Virus record (IMG/VR): IMGVR_UViG_2579778807_000004
Length of the DNA stretch: 44,314 nucleotides
Direction: 5' to 3' (one strand)
From: a virus
Lineage: Duplodnaviria; Heunggongvirae; Uroviricota; Caudoviricetes
In this document: positions 39,923 through 44,314 of the stretch, piece after piece
How the letters are laid out: the number at the start of each line of letters is the position of its first letter
Position numbering within the stretch: position 1 is the first letter of the stretch
Notes under the pieces: generated by a model
What the model saw: the letters and a program-made list of their open reading frames with translations, nothing else
What the model was told of the DNA's origin: nothing
Databases searched by the model: none
Position numbers and translations under genes: made by a program

Positions 39923-40110
39923 ATTCAGCATTTGCGCTTGTTCTGACAGTTTTTCTTGTTTCCGGAGAGCCAGTTGATATTGCAGTCAGTGTTCACAGGA
40001 CAATGCAGGAGTGTATGACTGCAGCAACCGAACAGAAAATTCCCGGTAACTGTTACCCGGTCGATAAAGTTATTCACCAGGATAATATCGAAATCCCGGC
40101 AGGTCTTTAA
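39919..40110 (+). CDS. ydfD: YdfD-like small membrane protein
   Basis: MNSAF.LVLTVFLVSGEPVDIAVSVHRTMQECMTAATEQKIPGNCYPVDKVIHQDNIEIPAGL; ATGA overlap with dicB stop. Confidence 0.75.
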   Translation: MNSAFALVLTVFLVSGEPVDIAVSVHRTMQECMTAATEQKIPGNCYPVDKVIHQDNIEIPAGL

Positions 40111-40203
40111 AACAGTTCCGTAATAAATATCCGGTTTCATTCTTATATGCCAGCAATGGCAGGGATTTGTTCATCCTTAAATCTGTCATGAGGTTAAAAC
40201 AAA

Positions 40204-42675
40204 ATGAGTAAAGTCTTTATTTGCGCCGCTATTCCTGACGAACTGGCAACAAGGGAAGAAGGCGCTGTGGCTGTAGCCACAGCCATTGAAGCTGGCGACG
40301 AACGCCGTGCTCGAGCAAAATTTCACTGGCAGTTCCTGGAACATTATACGGCTGCTCAGGACTGCGCTTATAAATTTATTGTCTGCGAGGATAAACCTGG
40401 CATACCTCGCCCTGCCCTCGATTCATGGGATGCTGAATATATGCAGGAAAACCGCTGGGATGAGGAGTCTGCTTCTTTTGTCCCGGTTGAGACTAAATCC
40501 GATCCGATGAACGTCACTTTTGACAAGCTGGCCCCTGAAGTACAGAACGCTGTCATGGTTAAGTTCGACACATGTGAAAACATCACCGTTGATATGGTTA
40601 TTAGCGCACAGGAATTGTTGCAGGAAGACATGGCAACATTCGACGGACATATCGTTGAAGCGTTGATGAAAATGCCAGAAGTTAACGCCATGTATCCGGA
40701 GCTTAAGTTGCACGCCATTGGGTGGGTTAAGCATAAATGTATTCCTGGTGCTAAATGGCCCGAAATTCAGGCAGAGATGCGCATCTGGAAAAAACGTCGC
40801 GAAGGTGAACGCAAGGAAACCGGAAAATACACGTCTGTTGTTGATCTCGCCCGCACCAGAGCCAATCAACAGTACACTGAAAATTCAACAGGAAAAATCA
40901 GCCCGGTCATTGCTGCCATTCATCGCGAATACAAGCAGACATGGAAAACACTGGATGACGAACTGGCCTACGCTCTCTGGCCTGGTGATGTGGATGCCGG
41001 AAACATTGACGGCAGCATCCATCGCTGGGCAAAAAAAGAAGTTATCGACAACGACCGCGAAGACTGGAAGCGTATCTCGGCATCAATGCGCAAACAGCCT
41101 GATGCCCTTCGCTACGACCGCCAAACTATTTTTGGCCTTGTCCGTGAGCGTCCGATCGACATTCACAAAGAACCCGTAGCACTGAACAAATATATCTGCG
41201 AATACCTGACGACAAAGGGCGTGTTTGAGAATGAAGAAACAGACCTGGGCACTGTTGATGTTCTCCAGTCATCAGAAACACAAACTGATGCAGTGGAAAC
41301 TGAGGTATCTGATATCCCAAAAAATGAAACCGCGCCGGAAGCTGAACCATCTGTAGAGCGTGAGGGGCCGTTCTATTTCCTCTTCGCAGATAAGGACGGA
41401 GAAAAATACGGTCGCGCAAACAAACTTTCTGGTCTGGATAAGGCACTGGCTGCTGGCGCCACTGAAATCACTAAAGAAGAATATTTTGCCCGAAAAAATG
41501 GCACATACACGGGCTTACCGCAAAATGTAGATACCGCTGAAGATTCAGAACAACCAGAACCGATAAAAGTTACCGCTGACGAAGTAAACAAAATTATGCA
41601 GGCAGCCAATATCAGCCAGCCTGACGCCGATAAGTTGCTTGCTGCATCACGTGGTGAATTTGTTGAAGGGATTAGTGACCCGAATGATCCGAAATGGGTT
41701 AAGGGGATCCAGACCCGCGATTCTGTGAACCAGAACCAGCATGAATCGGAACGGAACTACCAAAAAGCGGAACAAAACAGCCCAAATGCGTTACAAAACG
41801 AGCCAGAAACGAAACAGCCTGAACCAGTGGCGCAACAGGAAGTGGAAAAAGTCTGCACCGCCTGCGGTCAGACCGGCGGCGGCAACTGCCCTGATTGTGG
41901 CGCGGTGATGGGCGACGCAACATACCAGGAAACATTCGATGAAGAGTATCAGGTTGAAGTTCAGGAAGATGATCCGAAGGAAATGGAAGGCGCTGAACAT
42001 CCACACAAGGGGAACACTGGCGGCAATCAGCATCACGATAGCGATAATGAAACTGGCGAGACGGCAGATCACTCAATTAAGGTGAACGGTCATCACGAAA
42101 TCACATCCACCAGCAGGACGTGTGACCATCTAATGATCGACCTTGAAACCATGGGAAAAAATCCTGATGCCCCGATCATCTCAATAGGTGCAATATTTTT
42201 CGATCCGCAAACCGGAGATATGGGACCGGAATTTAGTAAGACTATCGATCTGGAAACTGCTGGCGGAGTCATTGATCGGGACACCATTAAATGGTGGCTT
42301 AAGCAATCACGCGAAGCGCAATCTGCCATTATGACCGATGAAATCCCGTTAGATGATGCACTGTTACAATTGCGGGAATTTATCGACGAAAACTCCGGTG
42401 AATTTTTTGTTCAGGTCTGGGGAAATGGAGCCAACTTCGACAACACGATTTTGCGCCGTTCATACGAACGGCAGGGGATCCCCTGCCCGTGGCGTTACTA
42501 CAACGATCGCGATGTACGCACAATCGTTGAGCTGGGGAAAGCCATAGACTTCGATGCCAGAACGGCTATTCCATTCGAAGGTGAGCGCCATAATGCACTT
42601 GATGACGCCCGTTACCAGGCAAAATACGTTTCAGTTATCTGGCAAAAACTGATCCCGAGTCAGGCTGATTCTTAA
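40204..42675 (+). CDS. Large early-region protein with C-terminal DEDDh (DnaQ-like) 3'-5' exonuclease domain and a Cys4 zinc ribbon; intact YdfE-like
   Basis: C-terminal motifs MIDLETMG, WGNGANFD and HNALDDARY; zinc ribbon CTACGQTGGGNCPDCG; N-terminus resembles remembered K-12 YdfE. Confidence 0.7.
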   Translation: MSKVFICAAIPDELATREEGAVAVATAIEAGDERRARAKFHWQFLEHYTAAQDCAYKFIVCEDKPGIPRPALDSWDAEYMQENRWDEESASFVPVETKSDPMNVTFDKLAPEVQNAVMVKFDTCENITVDMVISAQELLQEDMATFDGHIVEALMKMPEVNAMYPELKLHAIGWVKHKCIPGAKWPEIQAEMRIWKKRREGERKETGKYTSVVDLARTRANQQYTENSTGKISPVIAAIHREYKQTWKTLDDELAYALWPGDVDAGNIDGSIHRWAKKEVIDNDREDWKRISASMRKQPDALRYDRQTIFGLVRERPIDIHKEPVALNKYICEYLTTKGVFENEETDLGTVDVLQSSETQTDAVETEVSDIPKNETAPEAEPSVEREGPFYFLFADKDGEKYGRANKLSGLDKALAAGATEITKEEYFARKNGTYTGLPQNVDTAEDSEQPEPIKVTADEVNKIMQAANISQPDADKLLAASRGEFVEGISDPNDPKWVKGIQTRDSVNQNQHESERNYQKAEQNSPNALQNEPETKQPEPVAQQEVEKVCTACGQTGGGNCPDCGAVMGDATYQETFDEEYQVEVQEDDPKEMEGAEHPHKGNTGGNQHHDSDNETGETADHSIKVNGHHEITSTSRTCDHLMIDLETMGKNPDAPIISIGAIFFDPQTGDMGPEFSKTIDLETAGGVIDRDTIKWWLKQSREAQSAIMTDEIPLDDALLQLREFIDENSGEFFVQVWGNGANFDNTILRRSYERQGIPCPWRYYNDRDVRTIVELGKAIDFDARTAIPFEGERHNALDDARYQAKYVSVIWQKLIPSQADS

Positions 42676-42747
42676 TGTTCAACTGTCGCCGGTTGTGACT
42701 GGTATTCTGCAACCGGCGCTCGTCTGATGTAAGAGATAAAGAAATCG

Positions 42748-42999
42748 ATGAGCGAAGTAATCATGATTGTCTCTCCCGGCAAATGGGTATCCGAAGAGCA
42801 GTTAATTGCGCTGAAAGGAATAAAAAAAGGTACGTTAAAAAAGGCCCGGGAAAAATCGTTTATGGAAGGAAGGGAATATAAGCATGTCGCTCATGACGGT
42901 ATGCCATGGGATAACAGTCCATGCTTTTACAACCTGGAAGAAATTGATCGCTGGATTGAGCGCCAGGCATCAGCAAGACCAAGACGTCATCTTACTTGA
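42748..42999 (+). CDS. Excisionase-like protein
   Basis: 83 aa directly upstream of integrase; GREY...H motif reminiscent of lambda Xis. Confidence 0.6.
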   Translation: MSEVIMIVSPGKWVSEEQLIALKGIKKGTLKKAREKSFMEGREYKHVAHDGMPWDNSPCFYNLEEIDRWIERQASARPRRHLT

Positions 43000-43018
43000 C
43001 TAAAAGCCACACTAACTA

Positions 43019-44314
43019 ATGAGAGAAGTTGAAATGAAATATCCGACAGGCGTGGAAAACCATGGAGGGAAATTACGTATCTGGTTTGTTTATAAAGGCG
43101 TAAGAGTCAGGGAAAATCTGGGGGTTCCTGACACAGCAAAAAACAGGCGCGTTGCAGGTGAACTACGCTCCTCTGTTTGTTACGCAATAAAAACTGGTGT
43201 TTTCGACTATGCAAAACAGTTTCCCTCCTCACGCAATCTGGAAAAATTTGGTGAGGCCCGACAAGATTTAACCATAAAAGAACTGGCTGAAAAATTTCTG
43301 GCACTGAAAGAAACTGAAGTCGCCAAAACATCACTCAACACATACCGTGCCGTCATCAAAAATATCCTGAGCATAATCGGTGAAAAAAATCTTGCCTCAT
43401 CGATTAATAAAGAAAAATTACTGGAGGTTCGTAAAGAGCTACTGACTGGATACCAGATCCCCAAAAGTAACTATATTGTTACACAACCAGGGAGATCGGC
43501 TGTAACTGTAAATAATTACATGACAAATCTTAACGCCGTGTTCCAGTTTGGTGTTGATAACGGTTACCTGGCAGATAATCCGTTTAAGGGGATCTCGCCA
43601 TTAAAGGAATCAAGAACCATTCCGGATCCTCTTTCGCGGGAGGAATTTATCCGTCTTATCGATGCGTGCAGAAATCAGCAAGCAAAAAATTTATGGTGTG
43701 TTTCTGTTTATACTGGCGTTCGCCCTGGTGAGCTGTGTGCACTTGGATGGGAGGACATAGATCTGAAAAATGGAACAATGATGATCAGGAGAAATTTAGC
43801 AAAAGACCGTTTCACGGTACCAAAAACACAGGCGGGAACCAATCGGGTCATTCATCTTATTAAGCCAGCAATCGACGCTCTCCGGAGTCAGATGACATTA
43901 ACGAGACTGAGTAAAGAGCATATCATTGATGTTCACCTCAGAGAGTATGGCAGAACAGAAAAACAAAAATGCACCTTTGTTTTTCAACCTGAAGTGTCAG
44001 CGAGAGTAAAAAATTATGGTGACCATTTTACCGTTGACTCAATAAGGCAGATGTGGGACGCAGCGATAAAACGTGCCGGACTCCGCCATCGAAAATCATA
44101 TCAGTCGAGACATACTTATGCCTGCTGGTCGCTGACAGCTGGTGCCAACCCGGCATTTATAGCAAACCAGATGGGCCATGCAGATGCGCAAATGGTATTT
44201 CAGGTATACGGAAAATGGATGTCTGAAAACAATAATGCACAGCTAGCTTTGTTAAATACACAGTTAAGCGAGTTTGCCCCAACCATGCCCCATAATGAAG
44301 CAATAAAAAATTAA
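43019..44314 (+). CDS. Tyrosine site-specific integrase
   Basis: C-terminal catalytic motifs (RHTYACWSLTAGANPAFIANQMGHADAQMVFQVYGKW with terminal Tyr); N-terminal arm-binding-like domain; start may be the ATG 5 codons downstream. Confidence 0.9.
   Translation: MREVEMKYPTGVENHGGKLRIWFVYKGVRVRENLGVPDTAKNRRVAGELRSSVCYAIKTGVFDYAKQFPSSRNLEKFGEARQDLTIKELAEKFLALKETEVAKTSLNTYRAVIKNILSIIGEKNLASSINKEKLLEVRKELLTGYQIPKSNYIVTQPGRSAVTVNNYMTNLNAVFQFGVDNGYLADNPFKGISPLKESRTIPDPLSREEFIRLIDACRNQQAKNLWCVSVYTGVRPGELCALGWEDIDLKNGTMMIRRNLAKDRFTVPKTQAGTNRVIHLIKPAIDALRSQMTLTRLSKEHIIDVHLREYGRTEKQKCTFVFQPEVSARVKNYGDHFTVDSIRQMWDAAIKRAGLRHRKSYQSRHTYACWSLTAGANPAFIANQMGHADAQMVFQVYGKWMSENNNAQLALLNTQLSEFAPTMPHNEAIKN

Noticed and set aside
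40286-41609. Several short ORFs on both strands inside the 823-aa exonuclease gene
   Set aside because: Nested within a long well-supported ORF; no independent support.
43019-44314. Attachment site (attL/attR) adjacent to integrase
   Set aside because: int ends at the last base of the window; the core att sequence must lie outside, so none is reported.

Overview
The window is almost entirely one near-complete lambdoid prophage, a lambda/Qin-type mosaic lying inverted relative to the usual lambda map. All calls rest on reading the sequence and recalling protein families from memory; no database search or folding was run. From right to left: excisionase and tyrosine integrase (43.0-44.3 kb, + strand; att sites must lie outside the window), a large DEDDh-exonuclease protein, a DicA/DicC immunity switch with the ydfA-dicF-dicB-ydfD division-inhibition operon, an O-like replication initiator, an AT-rich cargo gene for a 518-aa P-loop NTPase, an orphan hok toxin, a DUF968 protein, antiterminator Q with a downstream tR'-like terminator, a second cargo island (AraC regulator, DUF523/DUF1722 protein, Blc-like lipocalin), a phage-21-type lysis cassette (pinholin, DUF1327 gene, SAR endolysin, Rz with embedded Rz1), a cold-shock protein and GnsB-like genes, a candidate cos site, then Nu1-like and gpA-like terminase, gpW-like protein, portal, a prohead protease/major capsid fusion, and a lambda-like tail module (Z, U, V, G/G-T, H, M, L, K, I, J) followed by lom, stf and tfa. 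Beyond tfa sit a SlyB-like lipoprotein and a secreted coiled-coil protein. The best candidate for an undescribed system is the AT-rich P-loop NTPase at 34156-35712, which sits where other Qin-type prophages carry relBE and looks like a standalone anti-phage defence or abortive-infection gene. Many ORF-track entries begin with GTG/TTG or lie antisense to real genes, so several starts were moved to internal ATGs with ribosome-binding sites; my own base indexing may be off by 1 in places.
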